Assembly (NCBI GenBank): GCA_040901675.1
Contig: JBBDYJ010000025.1
Coordinates: 255,943 to 319,942 of the forward strand
Source of the DNA: Pirellulales bacterium
GTDB lineage: Bacteria > Planctomycetota > Planctomycetia > Pirellulales > JAICIG01
Direction of reading: 5' to 3'
Length of the DNA: 64,000 nucleotides
Shown here: positions 30,452-40,241 of the stretch, piece by piece
Layout of the letters: the number at the start of each line of letters is the position of its first letter
Position numbering within the stretch: position 1 is the stretch's first letter
Notes under the pieces: model-generated
The model's database searches: none
Told to the model about the DNA's origin: nothing
What the model saw: the letters and a program-made list of their open reading frames with translations, nothing else
Made by a program: the position numbers and the translations under genes

Positions 30452-31194
30452 AACGGCTTGCCGGCGCCAAGGTCGACCAGGCCACGCGGTGGATCTACCG
30501 CGGCGTGTGGAGCGTGCTGGTACGTTGGTTCAAGGTGCCCGACCGGCCGCCCGAGCTGCCCACCGCCCCCGGCGAGTCGCTGGAAAGCTTTCAACCTTCG
30601 GCCGGTTTTCTACGCTATTTGAAGCTCAAGTTCTGGGTCGTGTTGCTCTTGTTCGACGGGGCCATCCTGGTCGCCTGGCTGGCCGTCGCCGTCGCCTCGC
30701 CCGTCGCGGGAGCCATATCCGCCCTGCCTGCCCTGGCCATTGCAGTCATCCCCGACATCGTGGCCTACATTGCCATCCACTTGCGGTACGACACCACCTG
30801 GTACGTGATGACCGGCCGCAGCTTGCGCATCCGGCGGGGAATCTGGGTCATTCACGAGACGACGATCACGTTCGAGAACGTGCAGAACGTGGAGGTGAAC
30901 CAGGGGCCGCTCCAGCGCTGGTTCGGCATTGCCGACGTCCGCGTCGACACGGCCGGCGGCGGCGGCGTCCAGGCCGGCGCCCACGGCACGGCCTCGATGA
31001 CCGGCCACCGCGGCTTGATCGAGGGCGTCAGCGATGCCCCGCGCATCCGGGACATGATCCTTTCCCGCCTGCGCCACTCGCGCACCGCCGGCCTGGGCGA
31101 CGAAGACCCGCGGCGCCTCTCGGTCTGGTCGCCCCGCCACGTGGCTGTGCTGCGGGAAATCCGCGACCTGGCGCGGCAGCTCGCCGCGAGATAG
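30448..31194 (+). CDS. Bacterial PH-domain membrane protein
   Basis: ATGA overlap with the previous gene. RRGIWVIHETTITFENVQNVEVNQGPLQRWFGIADVRVDTAGGG. Confidence 0.85.
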   Translation: MKRLAGAKVDQATRWIYRGVWSVLVRWFKVPDRPPELPTAPGESLESFQPSAGFLRYLKLKFWVVLLLFDGAILVAWLAVAVASPVAGAISALPALAIAVIPDIVAYIAIHLRYDTTWYVMTGRSLRIRRGIWVIHETTITFENVQNVEVNQGPLQRWFGIADVRVDTAGGGGVQAGAHGTASMTGHRGLIEGVSDAPRIRDMILSRLRHSRTAGLGDEDPRRLSVWSPRHVAVLREIRDLARQLAAR

Positions 31195-31215
31195 CCAGGC
31201 CTATCCGCTCGCACC

Positions 31216-31884
31216 CTATTCGCGCAGCACCTCTTCGATGAGTCGGCGAGGGATACCGATGTCCACGACGTGAAGCTGGCCGACGTATTCATCGGCGCCA
31301 GGGACCAGGAAGCCGGGCTTGGCGGCCACGAACGTGCAGGTGTGCGCGGCCCGGATCGTGTGGCGGGCAGCCTGGCCCGTGTCGCAGTCGAGGCCGCTGG
31401 GCAAGTCGACGGCCAGCTTGGGCGCCGGGTGAGCGTTCAAAGCGTCGATTACCTCGTCGAGCGGCGGGCGCGGCTCGCCCGTGGCACCCGTGCCCAGCAA
31501 GGCATCGACAATCCAGGCCGCCCCCTCCAGGCACCTGTCTAAGCGCGGGCCGTCGTGGCCGCTGAAGACCTCGATGGCGATGCCGCAGCGGGCGATGCAA
31601 TCGAAGTTGATCCGGGCGTCGCCCGCCAATGCAGCCGGATCGCTCCAGACCAGCACGCGCACCTCCAACCGGCGCACGTCCAGGTGACGCGCCAACACGA
31701 AGCCGTCGCCCGCGTTGTTCCCCTTGCCGCAGCAGATGGCCACCGGCCCCGCAGTGCCTAGCTCGACCAGCTTGTCGGCCAGGCCGCGGCCCGCGTTCTC
31801 CATCAACACGATCGTCGGCAGGCCGTACTCTTCGGTGGCCAGCCGATCAATCTCGCGGACCTGGCTGCGGTTGAGAGTTTTCAG
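31216..31884 (-). CDS. nnrE: NAD(P)H-hydrate epimerase (YjeF_N), stand-alone
   Basis: LNRSQVREIDR..LMENAG, CGKGNNAGDGFV, VDALLGTG, AVDLPSGL, ..VDIGIP. The conserved N-terminus extends upstream of the ORF-track start to a CTG at 31884. Confidence 0.9.
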   Translation of the reverse strand: MKTLNRSQVREIDRLATEEYGLPTIVLMENAGRGLADKLVELGTAGPVAICCGKGNNAGDGFVLARHLDVRRLEVRVLVWSDPAALAGDARINFDCIARCGIAIEVFSGHDGPRLDRCLEGAAWIVDALLGTGATGEPRPPLDEVIDALNAHPAPKLAVDLPSGLDCDTGQAARHTIRAAHTCTFVAAKPGFLVPGADEYVGQLHVVDIGIPRRLIEEVLRE

Positions 31885-32027
31885 TTTTCAGTCCACCAAT
31901 GGCGGCCGCGGCCGCCTTCGTCTCGCCTTGTCCCCTTGTCTCCTTGTCATACTCTCCCCGTTCCCTGTACGCTATTATTTATTGTATCGAGGTGCTCACG
32001 GACGCAGGTTCAGATTGGAGACTTCTT

Positions 32028-32249
32028 ATGCCGTTGTATGAGTACCTGTGCGCCGGGTGCGGCGGCGGGTTCGAGCTGCTGGTCCGCGGAACTGAAGAGC
32101 CGGCCTGCCCCGAGTGCGGCGATAATCGGTTGGAAAAGCAGTTCAGCGTGCCGGCGGCCCACGTGCAAGGCAAGTCGAGCCTGCCGATGGCCGAGCTGCC
32201 TCAGGGCTGCGGCCGGCCGGGCTGTGGCCCTGGCGGCTGCGCCATGTAG
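32028..32249 (+). CDS. FmdB-family zinc-ribbon protein
   Basis: MPLYEYLCAGCG..FELLV..CPECG..LEKQFS with Cys/Gly-rich tail. GGAG RBS. Confidence 0.88.
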   Translation: MPLYEYLCAGCGGGFELLVRGTEEPACPECGDNRLEKQFSVPAAHVQGKSSLPMAELPQGCGRPGCGPGGCAM

Positions 32250-32364
32250 CGCTCCGCGTGAGGAAGCCCGTCACGCGGAGCGTGACGGCTACTATCCAGG
32301 TTGGATAGACGACCGGCCGCAAACGCGGCGTTCTTCAAGCACCTTCTCCCGCTCCCCCTTCCGC

Positions 32365-33333
32365 TTAGGGGAAGGCGGAGACGGCACCAGTGACGGCGCC
32401 TGCCTGCAAGGCGGCCCCTCGCAGGCTGATCGGCACCGGGCCGATGGTGTAAGGAGCGCAGCTTCCGGGCCGGTAGTAGCCCAAGGGATAGACGCACTCC
32501 CAGGGCGCTTCGACTCCCATCTTGTAGGGGAGCAAGGGAACCGTGGCAAAGAAGTGGGCGCTGGAGAAGACCGGCTGCAGCACCGGTCCCCAGGAGTGGG
32601 CATAGCGCTCGACGCCTGCCTGCTCGAAGTAGAGTGGCTTGTGGCAGAGCCCCGACGCCTTCCACGTGTACGTGGTCATTGCCCAGGAGCGGGACGCGAA
32701 CGGTTCGTCGCCCAGCGGGCACTCGCGGGGAAACTCGCCCGGCTGGGCCGTGATGCGGTTGGTAATCTCGCCGATGCGCTTCAGATCGCCCGGCGTGGGG
32801 CAATCCTGCTCTTCCAGCCTGGGCGCCTGGGCAAACTCGTCCATGGGAACTTCGGATTCGTCGTCGTAGGGGGGGACGAGCGGTGGCGGGGGACTATCGA
32901 GCCGCCGTGGCGGCGTCTCGGGCTCCTGCGAGCCGATGAACAGCTTCAACTGCGAGGGGCGCTGCCCCGGACTGCCGTCCTCAAAGGGATCACTGAAAGG
33001 ATCGTTTTCGCCACCCGCCGCCTTGGTAAGGATGATCGTAGCCGGCGGCGAGCTGGTGGAATGGTGCACGAGACGGCGCGCAGCAATCGCCTGCCTGGGA
33101 GTGGCTTTTTCGGCAAGCGGCTTGGAGTGCGACTGGTCGCCCAACCGCGCCGGCTCGCCGCGAGCCGCGCTGCGCCACTTCAGCCCGTCCGATTCCTTGA
33201 GCGCGCCGGCCGTCCGGGCGGTCGCGCGGACCGAGGCGGATCGGGGCGGCGAGCTGCCGGCCGACGCCTTCCACTGCCCGGCGTGAGCAGGCGCCAGCAG
33301 TGCATCGAGGCCGAACACCGCCACGCCCAGCAT
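32365..33333 (-). CDS. Conserved-looking planctomycete hypothetical exported/membrane protein
   Basis: C-terminal WKASGLCHKPLYFEQ..ERY..HFF..LPYKMG..YPLGYYRPGSCAP and a low-complexity middle. Start uncertain (ATG 33333 or ATT 33390). Confidence 0.75.
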   Translation of the reverse strand: MLGVAVFGLDALLAPAHAGQWKASAGSSPPRSASVRATARTAGALKESDGLKWRSAARGEPARLGDQSHSKPLAEKATPRQAIAARRLVHHSTSSPPATIILTKAAGGENDPFSDPFEDGSPGQRPSQLKLFIGSQEPETPPRRLDSPPPPLVPPYDDESEVPMDEFAQAPRLEEQDCPTPGDLKRIGEITNRITAQPGEFPRECPLGDEPFASRSWAMTTYTWKASGLCHKPLYFEQAGVERYAHSWGPVLQPVFSSAHFFATVPLLPYKMGVEAPWECVYPLGYYRPGSCAPYTIGPVPISLRGAALQAGAVTGAVSAFP

Positions 33334-33385
33334 CAGCCAGCGGCCGGCGAAGCGGGCCGCCGTGCCGGCCGGCCGGCCGTGCCGG

Positions 33386-34867
33386 TCAATCGTTGCCGCC
33401 CGCGGCGTACTCGGTGGTGTAGTTGGGTGCTTCCTGCGTAATGGCGATGTCATGTGGGTGGCTCTCCCGCACGCTGGCCGGTGAAACCTGTATGAATCTC
33501 GAATCCTTCCTCAATTCATCGATGTTGCGGGCGCCGCAATAACCCATGCCGGCACGCAGGCCGCCCACGAGCTGATACACGAACGCGCTCAACGGTCCAC
33601 GGAACGGCACCCGGCCTTCGACCCCTTCGGGCACCAGCTTGGCCACGCCGCGCTCGCCCGTCCGCTGCCGATAACGTTCGCTCGAACCCTGGACCATGGC
33701 TCCCATCGAGCCCATTCCCCGATAAATCTTGTACGAGCGGCCCTGGTACAGGATCTGTTCGCCGGGGCTCTCGAGCAGCCCGGCAAACAGCCCGCCGATC
33801 ATCACCACCGAAGCGCCGGCCGCGATGGCCTTGGTCAGATCGCCCGAATAACGCACTCCTCCGTCGGCAATAATCGGCACGCCGCTGGCCTGGGCAGCCC
33901 GGGAGGCCTGGTAAATCGCGGTGATCTGCGGCACGCCCACGCCGGAAATGACCCGCGTGGTGCAGATCGAGCCGGGTCCGATGCCCACCTTGACGGCGTC
34001 GGCGCCGGCCGCGATCAGGTCCAAGCATCCCTGCTGCGTGGCCACGTTGCCGGCCACCACTTCGATATCCCAGCGTTTCTTGATCTCGCGGAGCGTCTCG
34101 ACGACGTTGGCCGAATGCCCGTGGGCGCTATCGACGACCAGCACGTCGACGTCCTTGGCGATCAAGCTTTCCACGCGCTCGTATTCGTACACTCCCACGG
34201 CGGCGCCGACCCTCAACCTGCCTTGCCTATCTTTGCAGGCATTGGGAAAACGCCGCATCTTGTCGATGTCTTTGATCGTAATCAGGCCGGTCAGTCTCTT
34301 ATTTTCGTCCACCAGCAAAAGTTTCTCGACCTTATTTGCCATCAGGATCTTTTCAGCTTGCTCAAGCGTTACAGTCCCCGTGGCCGTTACCAGGTGCTCG
34401 CGGGTCATCACCTCGGAGATCGGCAGGTCGGAGCGCTCCAGAAACCTGAGGTCGCGGCGGGTGAGAATGCCCACCAGCCGTCCGCCCCCGCTGGTGATGG
34501 GCACGCCGGAAACGTTGTGCTGGGCCATGATTTCACGCGCCCGGCCCACGGTGGCCTCCGGCGGCAGCGTGACCGGATCGAAGATAATGCCGTTGGCGCT
34601 GCGTTTGACCTTGTCGACCTCATCGGTCTGGTTGGCCACCGACATGTTCTTGTGGATGACGCCCAAGCCTCCTTCCTGCGCCAGGGCGATGGCCATGTTG
34701 CTCTCGGTGACCGTGTCCATGGGCGAGCTCAACAGCGGGATGTTGAGCTTGATCCGCCTGGTCAACTGCGTGCTCACGTCGCAGTCGGCCGGAACCACGT
34801 CGCTGTAGCGTGGCTCCAACAGTACGTCGTCGAAAGTGATGCCAAGGTAGTTGAGCTTATCGTCCAT
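33386..34867 (-). CDS. guaB: IMP dehydrogenase
   Basis: [20 protein letters not shown] pair, [26 protein letters not shown]. Confidence 0.97.
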   Translation of the reverse strand: MDDKLNYLGITFDDVLLEPRYSDVVPADCDVSTQLTRRIKLNIPLLSSPMDTVTESNMAIALAQEGGLGVIHKNMSVANQTDEVDKVKRSANGIIFDPVTLPPEATVGRAREIMAQHNVSGVPITSGGGRLVGILTRRDLRFLERSDLPISEVMTREHLVTATGTVTLEQAEKILMANKVEKLLLVDENKRLTGLITIKDIDKMRRFPNACKDRQGRLRVGAAVGVYEYERVESLIAKDVDVLVVDSAHGHSANVVETLREIKKRWDIEVVAGNVATQQGCLDLIAAGADAVKVGIGPGSICTTRVISGVGVPQITAIYQASRAAQASGVPIIADGGVRYSGDLTKAIAAGASVVMIGGLFAGLLESPGEQILYQGRSYKIYRGMGSMGAMVQGSSERYRQRTGERGVAKLVPEGVEGRVPFRGPLSAFVYQLVGGLRAGMGYCGARNIDELRKDSRFIQVSPASVRESHPHDIAITQEAPNYTTEYAAGGND

Positions 34868-34940
34868 GGCGGACCTTTCCATGGTGCGGGAGGCCAAATA
34901 GCCATTATGGCGCCTGCCGGGCAGATTGACCAGGAGCACT

Positions 34941-35251
34941 GAAGGCAGAAGGCAGAAGGCAGAAGGCAGTGATGCGGCCGGGTGGCTGGGGCAAAGCGGA
35001 CTTCGGCGAGCTCAGTCGAGTCGTAGCGTGCCCCAGAGTCAGTGGTCGGTGGTCAGTGGACAGGGGTCGGAAGCAGTGATGCGGCCGGGTGGCTGGGGCA
35101 AAGCGGTAGCGTGCCCCAGTCTTTCCGCCTTCTGCCTTTTCCCCGGTGCCTGGTGGCAAAGCGTCAGCGTGCCCCAGTTCTCGCGCCTTGTGCCCTGTAT
35201 TCCTCCTTCTGCCTTCGTCCTTCTGCCTTCCTCCTTCGTCCTTCTGCCTTC
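34941..35251. repeat. Composite block: (GAAGGCA)n, three family A REPs (34980-35036, 35087-35119, 35144-35177), complementary (CTTCTGC)-type 7-mers
   Basis: Read directly. The first REP carries a 24-bp insertion at 34999-35022. Confidence 0.85.
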
Positions 35252-35259
35252 CCCCGCTC

Positions 35260-36651
35260 CTACTCCAGTGCCGCCACGGCGGACACCAGGTCCTGGTCCT
35301 GGCGGGCAAAAACGGTCCGCAAGTCGAGATAGACCCGGTCGTGCTGTACGCGCCCCACCACCGCTGTCGCTCCCGAGCGCAGACGGGCGGCCAGGCGGTC
35401 CACGCCCGATCCGCCGGCCGGCGTCAACGCCACGCACCAGGTCGGAACTTCCTGGGTTGGCACCGAACCGCCGCCCAGATAGGTGACGTCGCGCACCGCC
35501 TCGGCCGAGGCCACCGCGGCCGTATGGGCCATCTGCGGGGCCAGCCGCTGGGCCCGGCTTTCCAGGTTTTCCAGCGACGTGCTCAGCAATTGCAAAAGCG
35601 GGATCGCGCGGCGGGCCCGGGACGGATCGCGATACAGCCGCAATGTCGCCTCCAGGGCCGCCAGCGTCAGCTTGTCGACCCGCAAAGCGCGCGTCAGCGG
35701 ATGCCGGGCGATCGTCTCGACAAGCGATCGCTTGCCGATGACGACTCCGCATTGCGGCCCCCCCAACAGCTTGTCGCCGCTGAACAGCACGAGGTCGGCC
35801 CCTTCGGCAATGCTCTGGGCGGCCATCGGTTCGTCGCGGCAGCCGAACTGGGAAAAATCGATCAGAGCACCCGAGCCGATGTCGTGGACCACCGGCAGCC
35901 GGTCCGGGCGGGCCAGCCGGACCAGCTCGCCCAGCGAAACAGCCGCCGTGAACCCTACCACCACGAAGTTGCTGGGATGCACCAGCAGCAACGCGCCGGT
36001 GTTGGCCCCGATCGCCCGCGAGTAGTCATCCAGGTGCGTCTTGTTGGTCGTGCCCACCTCGCGCAGGATGGCGCCGCTGGCGGCCATGACGTCGGGCAGC
36101 CGGTAACTGCCGCCGATTTCGATCAACTGCCCTCGCGACACGATCACTTCGCGGCCGGCGGCCAGGGCGGCCAGCGTCAACATGGTGGCCCCGGCATTGT
36201 TGTTGACCACCAAGGCCGCCTCCGCCCCGGTGAGCTCCCTGAGCAATCCTTCGACCGCCACCACGCGCTGCGAGCGGCGGCCCGTAGGCAGGTCGAGCTC
36301 GACGCTGGCATAGTCGCGGGCCACGGCCGTCATGGCGCTGATCGCCTCATCGGCCAGCGGCGCCCGGCCGAGACCGGTGTGCAGCAGCACGCCGGTGGCG
36401 TTGATCACGGGCCGCAGCGCGGGCGTGTCGGCCTCCAGGATGCGATGCGCGATTCGTTCGGCCAGCTCCATCACGCCCGGCAGTTTGACCTCGGCCCGCG
36501 CGGTCTGGACTTCGCTGCGGACGTCGTCGAGGAACGACCGCACGCGGCCCACCACTACGTTGTGGCTGACCCGGTCGACCAGCGACTTCAACGGCGGGCT
36601 TTCCAGCAGCTCGCTGACCGAGGGGAGGTTTCTCAAAACGTTGCCGGCCAT
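35260..36651 (-). CDS. selA: L-seryl-tRNA(Sec) selenium transferase
   Basis: LRNLPSV, VINATGVLLHTGLGRA, VNNNAGA, SRGQLIEIGGSYR, EVGTTNKT, FSGDKLLGGPQ, RALRVDK. Confidence 0.96.
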   Translation of the reverse strand: MAGNVLRNLPSVSELLESPPLKSLVDRVSHNVVVGRVRSFLDDVRSEVQTARAEVKLPGVMELAERIAHRILEADTPALRPVINATGVLLHTGLGRAPLADEAISAMTAVARDYASVELDLPTGRRSQRVVAVEGLLRELTGAEAALVVNNNAGATMLTLAALAAGREVIVSRGQLIEIGGSYRLPDVMAASGAILREVGTTNKTHLDDYSRAIGANTGALLLVHPSNFVVVGFTAAVSLGELVRLARPDRLPVVHDIGSGALIDFSQFGCRDEPMAAQSIAEGADLVLFSGDKLLGGPQCGVVIGKRSLVETIARHPLTRALRVDKLTLAALEATLRLYRDPSRARRAIPLLQLLSTSLENLESRAQRLAPQMAHTAAVASAEAVRDVTYLGGGSVPTQEVPTWCVALTPAGGSGVDRLAARLRSGATAVVGRVQHDRVYLDLRTVFARQDQDLVSAVAALE

Positions 36652-36688
36652 GGTTTGGTTCCTGAAATCAAAAGGAGCTTGCGGTTGG

Positions 36689-38662
36689 TCAATGCTGGCT
36701 GGGGGTGGCGGCCGGCTGGCCGGCGGGCAGTGTCTCGGCGCCCGGTTCGGCCAACCATCGAACGTCCCCTTCCCGGCGAGTGAAACCGGTCCGGTCCAGG
36801 TATTCGCAGATCGGCACGGCATACTTGCGGCTGGTGCCGAGGATCTCGCGGATCTGGCTCACGGTAAGGCCGCTGCCCGCGGCGAAGTGGTCCCGCAGTG
36901 TGCCGCGAAGCCGCTCGGATACCTCGGCGTGCAGGAAAAAACCGGCCGCGATCTCGATCAGGTGCCCTTCGGCGGCCGCCAGGGCGATCAATTGCGGCAC
37001 GACCGCCTGGTTCCTGGGCGCCTGGGCCTTGATTTCTTCCACCGTGGGCGGCTGGTAGCCCGCCTCGCGGTACGTCTCGATAATCTGGCCGACCAGCTTC
37101 TGCTCGTTGTTGGTCATTTGAGGGCCGCGGCCGGGCAGGGCCACTCCCCGTTCGTTCGAGCGAAGACGGCCCGCGCGGGTCATCGATGCCAGCAGCGCCT
37201 CGACCACCGAATCCGGGCCGAGATAGGCGAGGCGGTTGATCAGGCGAGACCGGTCGAGCATGGCCCGCAACGGATGCTGCTGGTGCTCCTTGTCGAGGAT
37301 CGCTTCGATACGTTCGAAAAGATCGGCCAAAAACAGCCGGTGTACCCGCATCGTCCGGCTGGGCGACACCACCACGTCCTCGAACTCGCCGCGGGCCGCC
37401 AACCGCTCGACGATGGCGGCCGGGTCGTCGACGCCCGCCGCGCGCGACAGGTCGGCCGGCTGCCAGTCCCGCAGGCCGAAGAACGAGAGCGCGGCCGAGG
37501 CCCGCTCGACCGGATCGGTGGCGCCCAGACCGGCCACGCGGTCGAGCACCGCCCGCCGGCCGCGAGCCAGCCGCAGAGCGTGCGGGTCGAGCACCTGTCC
37601 GCCGCCGATGGTGACCACCGGCGACTCGCTACGAATCACCAGCGGCTGGCCCCAAGTGGCGACCGCCGGCTCGTTCAGAAAAAGCTGCGCCGGCGCCGTG
37701 TCGCCGGGCTCCAGGCGGTCGCGGTCCAAGAGCACGACGGCGGCCATCAGCTCGGCCGTGCCGAGGTGACAGCGGACGCGGGCCCGGTTTTTCAAGGCCT
37801 TGCCGGCCCCCGGCAGCAGGTTGAGCCGCACGGTGACCAGGCGGCTGGGCACCAGGTAGCCGGGCGTGGCCAGTTCCTGGCCGCGGCGGATTTCGCCATG
37901 GTGCACGCCGGCTAGATTGATAGCGGCCCGCTGTCCCCGGTGCACTTCGTCGGCGGGCCGATCGTGGTTGTGCAGGCCGCGGACGCGAACGCGCACGCCT
38001 CCCGGCTCCAGCAGCAGCTCGTCCCCCACCCGAACCTTTCCGCTGGCTACGCTGCCGGTGACAACAGTGCCATGACCGGCGATGGTAAAGCTGCGATCGA
38101 CGGCCAGCCGGAAGGGCCCGCTTTGCCGCTGGCGGCGAGGCGAGGCGGCCGCTTTGCGGGCGGCCGCCTCGAGCGCCTGGCGCAGCAGGTCGATTCCCTG
38201 CCCGCTGTGTACGCTGGTGCGGACCACCGGGGCCGACTCCAAAAAGGTGCCTTCGACCAGGTCGCGGATCTCTTCCTCGACCAGGTCGATCCAGTCCGGC
38301 TCGGGCAGGTCGCACTTGGTCAGGGCAACCAGGCCGGTATCCAGCTCGAGCAGCCGCAGAATCTCCAGGTGCTCGCGGGTTTGAGGTTTGACCGAGTCGT
38401 CGGCGGCCACGACGAGCAGGGCCAGGTCGATGCCGGTGGCGCCGGCCAGCATGTTGCGGACGAAGCGCTCGTGTCCGGGGACGTCGACGATGCCCAGGCG
38501 GCAATCGCCTAGCTCGAGGTGGGCAAAGCCCAATTCGATGGTGATTCCCCGCAGTTTTTCCTCGGGCAGGCGGTCGGTATCCACGCCCGTCAGCGCCTTG
38601 ACCAGGGCGGTCTTGCCATGATCGATGTGACCGGCCGTGCCGAGGATCAGGTCGATGGCCAT
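36689..38662 (-). CDS. selB: Selenocysteine-specific elongation factor
   Basis: [50 protein letters not shown]-terminal winged helix [21 protein letters not shown]. Confidence 0.96.
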   Translation of the reverse strand: MAIDLILGTAGHIDHGKTALVKALTGVDTDRLPEEKLRGITIELGFAHLELGDCRLGIVDVPGHERFVRNMLAGATGIDLALLVVAADDSVKPQTREHLEILRLLELDTGLVALTKCDLPEPDWIDLVEEEIRDLVEGTFLESAPVVRTSVHSGQGIDLLRQALEAAARKAAASPRRQRQSGPFRLAVDRSFTIAGHGTVVTGSVASGKVRVGDELLLEPGGVRVRVRGLHNHDRPADEVHRGQRAAINLAGVHHGEIRRGQELATPGYLVPSRLVTVRLNLLPGAGKALKNRARVRCHLGTAELMAAVVLLDRDRLEPGDTAPAQLFLNEPAVATWGQPLVIRSESPVVTIGGGQVLDPHALRLARGRRAVLDRVAGLGATDPVERASAALSFFGLRDWQPADLSRAAGVDDPAAIVERLAARGEFEDVVVSPSRTMRVHRLFLADLFERIEAILDKEHQQHPLRAMLDRSRLINRLAYLGPDSVVEALLASMTRAGRLRSNERGVALPGRGPQMTNNEQKLVGQIIETYREAGYQPPTVEEIKAQAPRNQAVVPQLIALAAAEGHLIEIAAGFFLHAEVSERLRGTLRDHFAAGSGLTVSQIREILGTSRKYAVPICEYLDRTGFTRREGDVRWLAEPGAETLPAGQPAATPSQH

Positions 38663-38671
38663 GAGGCCATT

Positions 38672-38860
38672 GTCCAGAGGCTAGAGCCCAGAGTCCAGAG
38701 TCAGGAGTCAGGAGTCAGCAGTCAGCAGTCAGAGGACAGAGGTCAGAGGACAGAGGTCAGAAATCAGAGGTCAGACGACCCCCGGTCGTCTTCGTTCCCC
38801 TTGTCGCCCTGTCGCCTTGTCGTAGGTGCCCTGTCCCCCTGTCCCCTTGTCGCCTTGTCG
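38672..38860. repeat. 15-unit 7-mer array (GTCAGRR-like, 38672-38776) followed by CCTTGTCG-type 8-mer array (38799-38860)
   Basis: gtccaga ggctaga gcccaga gtccaga gtcagga gtcagga gtcagca gtcagca gtcagag gacagag gtcagag gacagag gtcagaa atcagag gtcagac. Confidence 0.9.
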
Positions 38861-38866
38861 GGCGCC

Positions 38867-39433
38867 TTAGGCGGTCGGGCCGGTGCCGGCGCGGCGCATC
38901 TTCTCGCGGGCGCGGCTGAGCGTGGGCCCGACGCTGTTCTCGGGCATGCCGACCACGGAGCTGATTTCCTCGTACGACTTGCCTTCGAGATGGTACATGC
39001 GGACCACTTCGGCCTCGCGTCCTTCCAGCTCTTCGAGCAACCGCTCGACTTCGTCGCGATCGCTGACCCGCTGCTCCGGCTGGCCGTCGTTCTGGACGGC
39101 GGGGTTGGCCGGCGCGAGCCGGGCGGCGCTTTTTCGCTCGAGCAGCTCCCGCACGACAATCCGCCGAGCGACGACGGTCAGGTAGGTGGCCAGGCTGCTC
39201 TGGCCCCGGAAGTGCCGCAAGATGGCGAAATCGTCCTTGATCAGGGCCAGAAAGACCTCCGCGCACAGGTCTTCGCGATCTTCGGGCGAAAGCCGAATCG
39301 AGCGGGATTGGGCCGAGTGGTTGGTCACGTGCACCACCAATCCCAGGAAGCGGTCGACAAAGTCTTCCCAAGCCCTCGGCTTGCGGGCCAGGCAACGCTC
39401 CAGCAAATTGCGGTCGATTTCAGAAAGGGCCAC
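38867..39433 (-). CDS. ECF-type sigma-70 factor
   Basis: AWEDFVDRF, EDLCAEVFL, SLATYLTVVARR (region 2), YHLEGKSYEEIS..SVGPTLSRAREK (region 4). Confidence 0.9.
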   Translation of the reverse strand: MALSEIDRNLLERCLARKPRAWEDFVDRFLGLVVHVTNHSAQSRSIRLSPEDREDLCAEVFLALIKDDFAILRHFRGQSSLATYLTVVARRIVVRELLERKSAARLAPANPAVQNDGQPEQRVSDRDEVERLLEELEGREAEVVRMYHLEGKSYEEISSVVGMPENSVGPTLSRAREKMRRAGTGPTA

Positions 39434-39817
39434 GACTCGGTACCCTCACAGCGGCGAACTTGGTCGGGGCAAATCCTTGCCATGGAACAACGCAGACCGG
39501 ACGCGGAGATGACTGGCCAGTCTGTCGAAGGCTCGCCAAGCCCTCAAATCGCTCAACCCACTGATTTTAGAGCGAATCGCAAACCGAGGCAAGCCTGAAG
39601 ACAAAACAGGCCGCCCCTGGAACAGTGGATTTTTTGACGCTCGGCGGCGGCCCCAAGCGCGGCTTGACTTGAAGTTGGGCCCTTCTTACGATTCCGGTAG
39701 GTAGCGGTCCTCTTCGACGTTCAAGTAGTTCACAGCTAAGCACTTGACACTAATTTTAGGCGGGTGTCGAATACCCCCTTTGCCGGCGCTTTCAAGCGAA
39801 ACAGGAGAAACTTCTCG

Positions 39818-40099
39818 ATGACCCACGTCGTTGCCGAGCCGTGTTTTGGCTGCAAGTACACCGATTGCGTGGTGGTCTGCCCGGTCGAGTGCTTCTACGA
39901 AGGCGAGAAGATGCTGTACATCCATCCGGATGAGTGCATCGACTGCGAGGCCTGCGTCCCAGAGTGTCCCGTGGAAGCCATCTTCCACGAAGACAACCTC
40001 CCCGAGGAGTGGAAGGACTTTACCGCCCTGAATGCCGAGATGTCGCCGCAGTGCCCAGTCATCACTGAGAAGAAAGAACCGCTCGCAGGAGCCGAGTAA
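39818..40099 (+). CDS. fdxA: FdxA-type (7Fe-like) ferredoxin
   Basis: [59 protein letters not shown]. Confidence 0.95.
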   Translation: MTHVVAEPCFGCKYTDCVVVCPVECFYEGEKMLYIHPDECIDCEACVPECPVEAIFHEDNLPEEWKDFTALNAEMSPQCPVITEKKEPLAGAE

Positions 40100-40102
40100 C
40101 GG

Positions 40103-40230
40103 CGAAGGAGGAGGGAGGAATCAAGAATCAGCAACGCGCGGCGGGTGCCTGGTGGCAAAGCGTCAGCGTGCCCCAGTCTTTCCTCCTTCCTCTTTCTGCC
40201 TTCTGCCTTCTGCCTTCTGCCTTTTTCCTT
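40103..40230. repeat. Family A REP (40143-40176) flanked by purine-rich and (CTTCTGC)n 7-mers between convergent genes
   Basis: Read directly from the sequence. Confidence 0.8.
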
Positions 40231-40241
40231 CCGGCCGTCAG

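Noticed and set aside
34868..39817. tRNA-Sec (selC) or a SECIS element near selA/selB
   Set aside because: No cloverleaf or T-arm motif is recognisable by eye in the intergenic gaps, which are filled by repeats. A covariance search is needed to exclude it fully.
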